From an uncultured Pseudomonadota bacterium (lineage in GTDB: Bacteria; Pseudomonadota; Alphaproteobacteria; Rs-D84; CACZYB01), in contig CACZYB010000005.1 of NCBI GenBank assembly GCA_902785275.1, positions 2,213 to 66,212 of the forward strand: a stretch of 64,000 bases of DNA. Direction: 5' to 3'. The notes beneath the pieces were generated by a model. It had not been told where the DNA came from. It worked only from the letters and a program-made list of their open reading frames with translations, and ran no database searches. The position numbers and the translations under genes were made by a program. This document shows positions 1-8,175 of the stretch, piece after piece; position 1 is the first letter of the stretch, and each line of letters opens with the position of its first letter.

Positions 1-592
1 GTTTCATTTCAGGATACAATGTATTAACTGTTTTAATTAATATATCAAAATCCTTTACATTTACTCCATCAATATTTTTTTCATAGTCTTCTCTAGCACT
101 TTTTATATTCATATATTTAAATTTTGCAGGTAATGTTAAGACCCCTTTATATTTTAATAAAATTTTTCTTATATTTTCTAAAGTTAACCCACAAAATTCT
201 AAATAATTTTTATCTGGATAAACAATACCTTTTGAAGAATAAGTTTTTTCACCTATACTCAATAAATTGAAATTTTTTCTTTTTAAAATAAAATGTCTTC
301 TATATTGCATTAATCCTATATAATCAGGATTTCCTAACTTATCGTAATTTTTCCAAGCCCAATATAAAGCTGTTAACTCTGAATAATATCTATTTTTACA
401 AGAAATATTATCCCCTGTATTATCTTTTAACATATTATCAAAAAAAGAATCATTTTTATTTATTATGCCATCTTTTGATATATTTTTAGCATCAACCCCA
501 ACTTCTATTGGATAAATAAAATCAGAATCTAATAAAAATGCAGGTTTATGATATGCTACTAAAATTTTTACACTAGGTTGTTTTTTATTCAT
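1..592 (-). CDS. DUF4422-family glycosyltransferase (putative galactofuranosyltransferase), C-terminus cut by the window edge
   Basis: Minus-strand ORF starts at ATG 592-590 (MNKKQPSVKILVAYHKP...). It is a paralog of the 1712-2590 protein (shared GDNIS..NxxYxELTALYW motif). It lies 14 bp downstream of glf in the same operon. Confidence 0.5.
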   Translation of the reverse strand, partial: MNKKQPSVKILVAYHKPAFLLDSDFIYPIEVGVDAKNISKDGIINKNDSFFDNMLKDNTGDNISCKNRYYSELTALYWAWKNYDKLGNPDYIGLMQYRRHFILKRKNFNLLSIGEKTYSSKGIVYPDKNYLEFCGLTLENIRKILLKYKGVLTLPAKFKYMNIKSAREDYEKNIDGVNVKDFDILIKTVNTLYPEMK

Positions 593-606
593 TTTATTTA
601 TCCTCT

Positions 607-1710
607 TTATATTTCCATATTTAATACACGTTCGATTGCTTTATCCATATCGTAATATTTGTAATCCCCAAGACGGCCAAGGAACATTAATTTAGGATCT
701 TTCTTTGCTTCATCCAAATATTTTTGGTATAGAGCTAAATTTTCTTCATTTATTATTGGATAATAACGTTCATTTTTTCCACGAACAAATGCTTCTGGAT
801 ACTCAAATGAAACAATTGTTTTATCCGATTTATCATCCAAGAAATATTTATACTCTCCAATTCTTGTGAATGTATAATTTTCTGGATAATTGATTACAGA
901 ATTTGATTGATAATATTCTTTATCATATTTTTGAAAATCAAGATTGATACTTCTGTATGGAAGTTCACCAAACTTGTAATCAAAATACTCATCTATCGCA
1001 CCAGTATAATAAAGTTTTTCGTATTCAATACTGTTTTTTATATCATTAAATGATGTATTTAGTTTTACTTTTATTAATGGATGATCAAGCATTTTTTCCA
1101 TCATTTTTGTATATCCATTTAAAGGAATACCCTGATATTTGTTTTGGAAATATCTATCGTCACGACTTACATATACAGGAACACGACCTGTAACCAATGG
1201 ATCCAAATCTTCAGGTTTTACGCCCCATTGTTTTAATGTGTAATCAAGGAAAATTCTTTTATAAATATAATCAGCAAGGAAATTTAAATCCTTATCATCA
1301 CACTTTCTTAATTCAAGAATAGGAACCTTTTTACCAAAACCAAATTTTTCAACCAATTTTTGTTGTAATTTTTCAGAAAGACAACTTGGGAAAACCATTT
1401 CCATAGAATTAATATTAAATGGAACCGGAATTTCAATTCCTTCGATAACAGCCTTAACCTTGTGCATATATGGGTGCCACTTTGTAAATTTTGAAAGGAA
1501 ATTCCAAACATCTTTGTTATCAGTATGAAAAATATGTGTACCATACTTATGAACACAAATATTTTCATCATAATAATCATAACAATTTCCACCAATATGA
1601 TCTTTATTATCAATAATTAAAACTTCTTCATTTTTTTCCTCTGCAATACGACGAGCAAGAGTTATACCTGTTATACCACAACCGACAATAATGTTTTTTA
1701 CTTTATCCAT
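607..1710 (-). CDS. glf: UDP-galactopyranose mutase
   Basis: N-terminal FAD Rossmann motif IIVGCGITGITLARR, and full-length similarity to Glf flavoenzymes (367 aa). Confidence 0.85.
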   Translation of the reverse strand: MDKVKNIIVGCGITGITLARRIAEEKNEEVLIIDNKDHIGGNCYDYYDENICVHKYGTHIFHTDNKDVWNFLSKFTKWHPYMHKVKAVIEGIEIPVPFNINSMEMVFPSCLSEKLQQKLVEKFGFGKKVPILELRKCDDKDLNFLADYIYKRIFLDYTLKQWGVKPEDLDPLVTGRVPVYVSRDDRYFQNKYQGIPLNGYTKMMEKMLDHPLIKVKLNTSFNDIKNSIEYEKLYYTGAIDEYFDYKFGELPYRSINLDFQKYDKEYYQSNSVINYPENYTFTRIGEYKYFLDDKSDKTIVSFEYPEAFVRGKNERYYPIINEENLALYQKYLDEAKKDPKLMFLGRLGDYKYYDMDKAIERVLNMEI

Positions 1711-1711
1711 T

Positions 1712-2590
1712 TTATGACCAATACTCCTTTCTATAGCCTAAAAACGTTAATATTTTTCTTTTTATATTTTTTAATTTAAACTTTAAATATTGTTTTAAAT
1801 TTGAATTAATCCAAATAACTGGACAATATTTAATTTTTATATCCGTTGTTTGTAAAAGATATTCCGTATATATGTTGAATAATCTTTCACCAAGATATCC
1901 ATATACTCTTTTTTGAATTACATCTCGTTTTTTAACATCAGACTGAATCTTTTTTTCTACTTCAAACAATATACTAAAAAGCCAATTACAATACCCATCT
2001 ATTATTTGTTTCTTACCAATGAACATATTATACGAATGCATATAGTTTCCATTTAAAACAGCATCAACAGTACTTGACATTTCCGGATATTTATTTTTGA
2101 TAATTGATACAGCTAAATCTAAATCAGAAATTATATGACTTCGTTTATAATGATTATAAAGAGACAATTTTAACCCTGTTTTTTTAGGTAGAATTAAATC
2201 ATAATTTTTCATCAATTTATTAATATTATCTTTATCTATACAATATTTTCTAAGAAAATTTTTTGAAAATTTATGCAACAAAATTTCTTTTGAAGCTACT
2301 TTTTCTCTTAAATCAAAAAATCTTCTATAATGAAACAACCCAACTATATTTGACTTTACATTTTTATACATCCAATACAATGCTGTTAGTTCGTTATAGT
2401 TTTGATTTTTACTTGAAATATTATCACCTATGTCATCACCAATAATATTTAAATCCAAAGAAGAAAGAGCTTTTCCAACTTGAATAGGAAAAAGGATGTC
2501 ATTTTTAAAAAAATCAGAATTTTTGTGATAACAAATAAAAATATTTGTACCTTTAAAATTATTTACTAATTTTTTAAAAATTTTCCCCAT
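1712..2590 (-). CDS. DUF4422-family glycosyltransferase, usually partnered with glf (putative Galf transferase)
   Basis: 292 aa, motif IGDDIGDNISSKNQNYNELTALYWMYKN. Gaps to neighbours are 1-2 bp (operon). Confidence 0.55.
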   Translation of the reverse strand: MGKIFKKLVNNFKGTNIFICYHKNSDFFKNDILFPIQVGKALSSLDLNIIGDDIGDNISSKNQNYNELTALYWMYKNVKSNIVGLFHYRRFFDLREKVASKEILLHKFSKNFLRKYCIDKDNINKLMKNYDLILPKKTGLKLSLYNHYKRSHIISDLDLAVSIIKNKYPEMSSTVDAVLNGNYMHSYNMFIGKKQIIDGYCNWLFSILFEVEKKIQSDVKKRDVIQKRVYGYLGERLFNIYTEYLLQTTDIKIKYCPVIWINSNLKQYLKFKLKNIKRKILTFLGYRKEYWS

Positions 2591-2592
2591 AT

Positions 2593-3159
2593 TTATTTTA
2601 CTTTCAACTTTCTTCTTTTTATAAACATGTGCAAAGTGCCACTATTGACACCAAGCATTTTTGCAATCTCTGTAACTTTTACTCCACAAGAAAGTAATTG
2701 TTTTATTTCTGATTTTTTCTCATCAAGACCAGACTTCCCTGTACCAACAGGTCTTCCCCTAGATTTACCTTGTTTTAACAAATTCTTTTGTATCTGAGCA
2801 TTTTTAAGAGAAAAAATACCCTTATAAACTTTTAAACAAATATCGATATTTCCCATAAAGGAGGATTGTGAAACAGTATCAATTTCTAACTTTTCCTTTA
2901 CAGAATAAATTTTTAATTTACGTTCAGAAAATATCTTTAAAGCCAACATAATATCTTCAAATCTTGAACCGAGTATAGAAACATCGGAAATCATAATGTC
3001 ATTCTTTTTTACGGGACAAGATAAAATATTTTTATCAGTTGGAATTTTTTCAAATTTTATATCAGAAATCCCTAATTTTGTAGCATATCTCAAAATCATC
3101 TCTTTTTGCTCAGCAAGAGATGTGTATATGTTCGATTCTGTAATATACCCAGTAATCAT
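2593..3159 (-). CDS. Small serine-recombinase-family protein (resolvase/invertase fold) with degenerate catalytic motifs plus a C-terminal HTH
   Basis: N-terminus MITGYITESN aligns to GYxRVST but has T at the R8 position. The SRLGR box is replaced by SILGSR. The C-terminal HTH (TEIAKMLGVNSGTLHMFIKRR) is retained. Confidence 0.6.
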   Translation of the reverse strand: MITGYITESNIYTSLAEQKEMILRYATKLGISDIKFEKIPTDKNILSCPVKKNDIMISDVSILGSRFEDIMLALKIFSERKLKIYSVKEKLEIDTVSQSSFMGNIDICLKVYKGIFSLKNAQIQKNLLKQGKSRGRPVGTGKSGLDEKKSEIKQLLSCGVKVTEIAKMLGVNSGTLHMFIKRRKLKVK

Positions 3160-3213
3160 ACTCTTCTAAAACCTTTGTTTTCTGTAACTTTATAGAGATT
3201 TTCTCTCTACATA

Positions 3214-3346
3214 AACCAACGTCTATTTGATACATTTGTTTCAATATAATCCTAATAGGCAGAAAAGTCAATAAAATTCTAGGAATATAATCAAAAAATC
3301 AAGTACTTTCAATACACTCATAACACTATATCAAATAGACGTTGGT
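3214..3346. promoter_or_regulatory. Candidate invertible DNA switch: inverted repeats 3214-3232 and 3329-3346 (18/19 match) flank a roughly 96-bp segment. A third partial copy of the site lies at 3368-3382
   Basis: AACCAACGTCTATTTGATA is seen directly, and TATCAAATAGACGTTGGTC is its reverse complement. The core TAGACGTTGGTCTA is itself palindromic (TAGAC-4-GTCTA). The segment sits between two divergent serine recombinase genes. Confidence 0.5.
3243..3270 (-). promoter_or_regulatory. Sigma70-like promoter inside the invertible segment, currently pointing leftward into the invertase-GT-glf-GT operon
   Basis: Minus-strand reading gives TTGACT (3270-3265), a 17-nt spacer, then TATATT (3248-3243). 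Confidence 0.4.
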
Positions 3347-3466
3347 CTAGATGATATAGTATAACATCTAGACGTTGGTCTAGTTGATATAGTCGATTTT
3401 CATAGCAAAACACTGGCAAATTCTGCTAAATCTTATATCCGTAAAACACAAAAATAGGAGTAAAAA

Positions 3467-4054
3467 ATGATTTATGGATATACCAGAGTTTCAACTGAAC
3501 TACAAAACATCGAAAACCAACATCACGAAATTTTAACATTTGCAAATATGTATAAAATTAAAATAAATCAATGGGTTGATGAAGTAATTTCTTCAAGAAA
3601 ATCATTAAAGGAAAGACGACTTGGTAAACTCTTAAAACATCTCAAAAAAGGAGATATTTTGATTGCTTCGGAACTTTCAAGGCTTGGTAGAAATTTACTT
3701 GAAGTTATGGGAATTTTACAAAGCTGTTTAGAAAAAGGTTGCCAAATTTGGACCTTAAAAGAAAACTATAAACTTGGTGCGGACATTCAATCAAAAGTCC
3801 TTGCATTTGCTTTTTCATTGGCTGCAGAAATCGAACGACAACTTATTTCTCAACGCACAAAAGAGTCACTAAAAAGGGTAAAAGATGAAGGCAAACACCT
3901 TGGCAGACCATTTGGTCATTCATACAAAAAGCTTGCATCTAAACATGATAAAATCAAAGAATTATTGGAAAAAGATGTTTCCAAGACAGAGATTGCAAAA
4001 CTATTAAACTGCTCTTGGATAACTCTTCATCGGTATATACAAAAAGCGTTGTAA
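3467..4054 (+). CDS. Serine recombinase, Hin/Gin/resolvase family (canonical active-site motifs)
   Basis: MIYGYTRVSTELQ, DEVISSRK, GDILIASELSRLGRN, and a C-terminal HTH. There is an RBS, AGGAG, 8 nt upstream. Confidence 0.8.
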   Translation: MIYGYTRVSTELQNIENQHHEILTFANMYKIKINQWVDEVISSRKSLKERRLGKLLKHLKKGDILIASELSRLGRNLLEVMGILQSCLEKGCQIWTLKENYKLGADIQSKVLAFAFSLAAEIERQLISQRTKESLKRVKDEGKHLGRPFGHSYKKLASKHDKIKELLEKDVSKTEIAKLLNCSWITLHRYIQKAL

Positions 4055-4204
4055 AATAACCTTGTCCCCACATGGATACAAGATTGCGACATCATAAAAA
4101 AAGCAAACTCCTAAAACAGTTTTTGCAATATTTTTAAATTGTTATGAGAAGTTTTCACAAAATCCGAATTCTACATTTATATAAATGAAAATGTAGGAGA
4201 AAAA

Positions 4205-4363
4205 ATGACAAGTAGTTTTAATCAATTAAAAGAAATAATTAAATCTCAATATCCCGAGAATTCTTTTTCTGATTTTGAATTAGAAGAAGCAACAAAAAGG
4301 ATTATTCAATTTTTTACCATTGGAGCAAAAATGGTAGAATCTTGCGAAAAAAAATTAAAATAA
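4205..4363 (+). CDS. Hypothetical 52-aa protein (island cargo)
   Basis: AGGAGA RBS sits 6 nt upstream of the ATG. It is not in the ORF track (below 60 aa). No recognisable domain. Confidence 0.25.
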   Translation: MTSSFNQLKEIIKSQYPENSFSDFELEEATKRIIQFFTIGAKMVESCEKKLK

Positions 4364-4421
4364 TCGCTTACAAATCATTTTATTCCCGACATAATATTAA
4401 TTAAAAAAAGGGAGTTTAAAA

Positions 4422-5963
4422 ATGTCATATTCTTATTTAAAGAAAAATATAAAAACACAACCTATGCAAGCTGTATTATTTACAAGAGTTTCATCTAGAG
4501 AACAAGAAAGAGGAGACTCTATTGATGCTCAAATGAAGACGGTTAAAGATTATTGTATTCAACACAATATACCTATAATAAAGGAATATAAAATAACTGA
4601 ATCATCATCACATGGTGAAAGAAAAAAGTTTTATGAAATGATTAAATTCATAAAACAACAAAGTGGTAAAATATTAATTGTTGCAAACACTATTGACCGA
4701 ATTCAAAGAAGATTTAAGGAATATATATATTTAGACGAATTACGTCTTGAAAACAAAATTGAAATGTATTTTGTAAGAGAACATTTAACTATAAATTCAA
4801 AATCAAATAGTTATGAAATAGGAACTTGGACACAGGGTGTAATGTGGGCTCAACAATATGTTTTACAATCAAGTGATAATATTAAACGAGCAAATGAAGA
4901 AAGTCGTAATAAAGGAAGATGGTTACACATGGCTCCAATGGGTTATATGAATTATAGAGATGAAACAGGTTTAGCTATGGTTAAAATAGACCCAATAAAA
5001 GGACCACTTGTTAAAAGAGTTTTGGAAGAATATTCTACTGGAAACTATACATTATCAAGGCTTTTAGTATTTGCAAATAATATAGGATTAACTACAAGAC
5101 AAGGTAAAAAACTCAATTTAAAGACATTAGATAATATGATAAGAAATCCTTTTTATTACGGTATTATGAGAACTATTGATGTATTACGACCTCATACATG
5201 TGGAAATTTAATAAGTAAAGACTTATACGATAAAAACCAAGAAATATTGTCTGGTAAATCTAGGCAATTTTTAACTAAACAAGCAGATACATTCTTATTT
5301 AATGGATTATGCTTTTGTGCAACATGTGGTTGTATGATAAGTCAGGAAAGACATACAAAGAAAAATGGTAAGGCTTATACATATTTAAGATGTTGCCATC
5401 ATAAAGGTAATTGTAATCAACCAATAGTTAATGAAGAAGTAATACTTGACCAGATAAAAACAGAAGTTTTTGATAAATTTAAAGTAAATAACAAAATGCT
5501 TGAATTATTAAAGGCAGAAGTTAAGAAAAACATTGAAAAGGAATATTCTGAAACATTACTTATGAAAACACAGATACAAAAGAAGTTAGACGAAGTAGTA
5601 TATCAAAAGAGTAGGTGTGTTGATTTACTTATAAATAATACGATAGATAAGAAAGTTTATGATATGAAAATGAATGAACTAAACGATAGGGAAGTAAGTA
5701 TGAACTACAAACTAGCTTCTTTTGATACAGTAAATAGTGAGATAAATCAAATAGTTAATGGGGTTATAGATTTCGCAAACAATATGGGTAAATACTTTGA
5801 AAGTTCGGATTTTTCTTTAAAAAAGGAAATTTTACAAATTTTAATTCCGAACTCTTTATTGGATTCAAAAAAGTTAGTATTATCAATAACTAAACCATTC
5901 GATGCTATGCTGAAAAGTAAGGATTATGTAAAGTGGTGCGCCATAGGGGAGTCGAACCTCTAA
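4422..5963 (+). CDS. Large serine recombinase (integrase/transposase type)
   Basis: 513 aa. N-terminal resolvase catalytic domain (AVLFTRVSSREQ), a recombinase domain, then a Cys-rich zinc-ribbon region (CFCATCGC...CCHHKGNC) and a coiled-coil tail. Its 3' end overlaps the tRNA-Arg 3' end. Confidence 0.85.
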   Translation: MSYSYLKKNIKTQPMQAVLFTRVSSREQERGDSIDAQMKTVKDYCIQHNIPIIKEYKITESSSHGERKKFYEMIKFIKQQSGKILIVANTIDRIQRRFKEYIYLDELRLENKIEMYFVREHLTINSKSNSYEIGTWTQGVMWAQQYVLQSSDNIKRANEESRNKGRWLHMAPMGYMNYRDETGLAMVKIDPIKGPLVKRVLEEYSTGNYTLSRLLVFANNIGLTTRQGKKLNLKTLDNMIRNPFYYGIMRTIDVLRPHTCGNLISKDLYDKNQEILSGKSRQFLTKQADTFLFNGLCFCATCGCMISQERHTKKNGKAYTYLRCCHHKGNCNQPIVNEEVILDQIKTEVFDKFKVNNKMLELLKAEVKKNIEKEYSETLLMKTQIQKKLDEVVYQKSRCVDLLINNTIDKKVYDMKMNELNDREVSMNYKLASFDTVNSEINQIVNGVIDFANNMGKYFESSDFSLKKEILQILIPNSLLDSKKLVLSITKPFDAMLKSKDYVKWCAIGESNL

Positions 5964-6012
5964 CCTTCTGATCCGTAGTCAGATACTCTATCCAATTGAG
6001 CTAATGGCGCAA
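5936..6012 (-). tRNA. tRNA-Arg (anticodon ACG)
   Basis: The reverse complement reads GCGCCATTAGCTCAATTGGATAGAGTATCTGACTACGGATCAGAAGGTTAGAGGTTCGACTCCCCTATGGCGCACCA. It has a 7-bp acceptor stem, a GTTCGACTCC T-arm and an anticodon loop CTACGGA. Confidence 0.8.
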
Positions 6013-6136
6013 TTAAGAAAACAGTGCTATTATACACCCAAAAATCTAAATTTCAACAAAAATAATATTTTTCTTGTACGGCTTCAATAAATATGCTAAA
6101 ATTCCCACAGTAATCACATATGGAGAGGAGTTGAAA

Positions 6137-7162
6137 GTGTATAGACAAAATAGACGAATTGGAGGAGGTAAATCCCTTGGAAATTTAGGTAAATTCTTGC
6201 TTTCAGTGGCTTTGATGTCTTCTATTATAATAGGTGAGGGTGCCATAGCAGGAAGAAAAAAATCTTCAAATACTTCTCAATCAAGTAAAAGGTCAGGGTC
6301 CAGTCAAAAATCAAACTCTGTATCAAATAAATCCAGCAAAAGATCCGGTTCAAGTCAAAAGGCAACTTCTGTAAGTTCAACAAAAAGAGCAAATGTAACC
6401 CAAAGGGTTTCTGCTAGAATAAAGAAAATCAGTACCCCGGAAAATAACACAGAAAATTCATCGGAAAATACTTCTAAAACTGCATGCACATATGCTTGTC
6501 CTGTTTGTAAATCTAGTGCATCTGGTGCTAAAAATAGTTTTTCCAAAAAAGATGTGGAGAGTCTTCCTCTTTGTACTAATGGTTTTGAATCAGAATCTTA
6601 TGGTGTGAGTTTCGGAAGTGTTTTCAAAAATAAAACTTTTACATTTAATGAAGATAATTCTTATAAGCTTTCCGATTTAATAAATCTTAATAAAATACCA
6701 GATAATGCATCTTTGAATATTAGATATTCTGTTTGTGGAATGAAATTACTTACAGAAACTGAATTAAATGAACAAAAAAAACATCTTGCTCAAGGAGGTA
6801 GCTTTATGGTTGGCAGGTCTGATTTTATTACCTATGCCTTTGAACAAAATGATAGTAATTTTACCTCATATCATGTTTGTAGAGATATAAAAAGAAGTTC
6901 TGATATTACGATAAAAAAATCAGATTTAGATAAATATTATTTCTATGTTGATGGGGGTGATCCAAGAATGAGTGCGACAGCTTGTCCTAAAGGAAATAAT
7001 GGTATTAGAGGATACTTTTTTTACAATGGAGATGATGATAAACTTATTGATGAATTTGATAATTGGGTAGAGAAAAATACAAAGATTGTAAAAGATGAAG
7101 ATGGAGAAGATGTTGAATTAAGCCCAAATATTGATTTTTCATACGTAAAGTTTGTTAAATAA
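6137..7162 (+). CDS. Hypothetical secreted or membrane-anchored Cys- and Ser-rich protein with tandem SSKRSGSSQK repeats
   Basis: GGAGAGGAG RBS lies 6 nt before GTG 6137 (the longest ORF starts at 6074). There is an N-terminal hydrophobic anchor (LGKFLLSVALMSSIIIG), a low-complexity S/K repeat block and multiple Cys pairs (CTYACPVC, CPKG). Confidence 0.5.
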   Translation: MYRQNRRIGGGKSLGNLGKFLLSVALMSSIIIGEGAIAGRKKSSNTSQSSKRSGSSQKSNSVSNKSSKRSGSSQKATSVSSTKRANVTQRVSARIKKISTPENNTENSSENTSKTACTYACPVCKSSASGAKNSFSKKDVESLPLCTNGFESESYGVSFGSVFKNKTFTFNEDNSYKLSDLINLNKIPDNASLNIRYSVCGMKLLTETELNEQKKHLAQGGSFMVGRSDFITYAFEQNDSNFTSYHVCRDIKRSSDITIKKSDLDKYYFYVDGGDPRMSATACPKGNNGIRGYFFYNGDDDKLIDEFDNWVEKNTKIVKDEDGEDVELSPNIDFSYVKFVK

Positions 7163-7183
7163 ATTTAAAATCATAATGATGTA

Positions 7184-7215
7184 AAAAAATCCTCCATAAA
7201 ACAGGAGGATTTTTG
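7184..7215. terminator. Bidirectional intrinsic terminator (A6-TCCTCC-ATAAAAC-AGGAGGA-T5)
   Basis: GC-rich hairpin flanked by an A-run and a T-run between convergent genes. Confidence 0.6.
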
Positions 7216-7236
7216 ATTTAAAGAGTAGGGGAAAAA

Positions 7237-8166
7237 CTATAATCTTGTCATCTTTGTGAATTTTTCAATACGTTTTTCCTTTGCCTGTTTAGGTGTTTTT
7301 AAAAGCTTTTTAAGCTCAGCAGAAATCGCTTCTTTTACATTTGCAATAGTCTGTTCCTTATCACGTTGAGCACCACCCACAGGTTCTTCGATAATATTAT
7401 CAATGATTCCAAGTTCAAGCAAGTCATGTGATGTCATCTTTAATGCCTTTGTCGCATCTTCTTTATGATCCTGACTTCTCCAAAGAATAGAAGCACATCC
7501 TTCCGGTGAAATAACCGAGTAAACTGAATTTTCAAGCATCATAACAGAGTTTGCCACAGCAACAGCTATCGCCCCACCAGAACCACCTTCACCAATCACA
7601 ACACAAATACTTGGAACATCCAAATCAAAACATTTCTGTATTGATGAAGCAATTGCCTGTGCCTGACCTCGTGCTTCGGCATCTGCACCAGGGAAAGCAC
7701 CAGCAGTATCAACCAAGAAAATAACAGGAAGCTTGAATCTGTTTGCAAGATCCATCAAACGAATTGCCTTTCTGTAACCTTCTGGTTTTGACATACCAAA
7801 GTTGTGTTTAAGACGTGTTTCTGTATCGTGACCTTTTTCTTGTCCAATAACCATAACAGGAGTATTGTTAAGATATCCCATGCCGCCGATAATCGCATTA
7901 TCATCAGCAAACATTCTGTCGCCAGAAAGTTCAATAAAGCCATCAATCATATTGTTGATATAGTCAATGGCATGTGGACGATCAGGGTGTCTTGCAACCT
8001 GTACACGATTCCATGACGAAAGATTAGAGTAAATTTTTTCTAACTCTTCATCTCTTTTTTCAGAAAGTTTTTTTATTTTTTTTGTATCGGGCTTCTTTTC
8101 GTCTTGAAGCTCTTTAATTTTTGCATCCAATTCTTTTATATCTTTTTCAAAATCTAAATAAATCAT
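7237..8166 (-). CDS. accA: Acetyl-CoA carboxylase carboxyltransferase subunit alpha
   Basis: 309 aa, conserved with AccA across the full length (LDFEKDIKELDAKI..., GGAGFPGADAEARGQA). Confidence 0.9.
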   Translation of the reverse strand: MIYLDFEKDIKELDAKIKELQDEKKPDTKKIKKLSEKRDEELEKIYSNLSSWNRVQVARHPDRPHAIDYINNMIDGFIELSGDRMFADDNAIIGGMGYLNNTPVMVIGQEKGHDTETRLKHNFGMSKPEGYRKAIRLMDLANRFKLPVIFLVDTAGAFPGADAEARGQAQAIASSIQKCFDLDVPSICVVIGEGGSGGAIAVAVANSVMMLENSVYSVISPEGCASILWRSQDHKEDATKALKMTSHDLLELGIIDNIIEEPVGGAQRDKEQTIANVKEAISAELKKLLKTPKQAKEKRIEKFTKMTRL

Positions 8167-8175
8167 TTTCGATTC

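Noticed and set aside
1308-1613. 101-aa ORF antisense within glf. Similar antisense ORFs occur at 2263-2445, 7755-8016, 8465-8760, 10863-11492, 12396-13229, 13263-13649, 13910-14186, 14313-15471, 16056-16238, 16563-16772 and 17527-17718
   Set aside because: They lie entirely inside well-supported genes on the opposite strand. They have hydrophobic or low-complexity translations typical of AT-rich antisense frames, and they lack an RBS.
4055-4100. CTTGT-N12-ACAAG hairpin after the invertase gene as a terminator or att site
   Set aside because: Only a 5-bp stem with a long loop and no T-run. Insufficient evidence.
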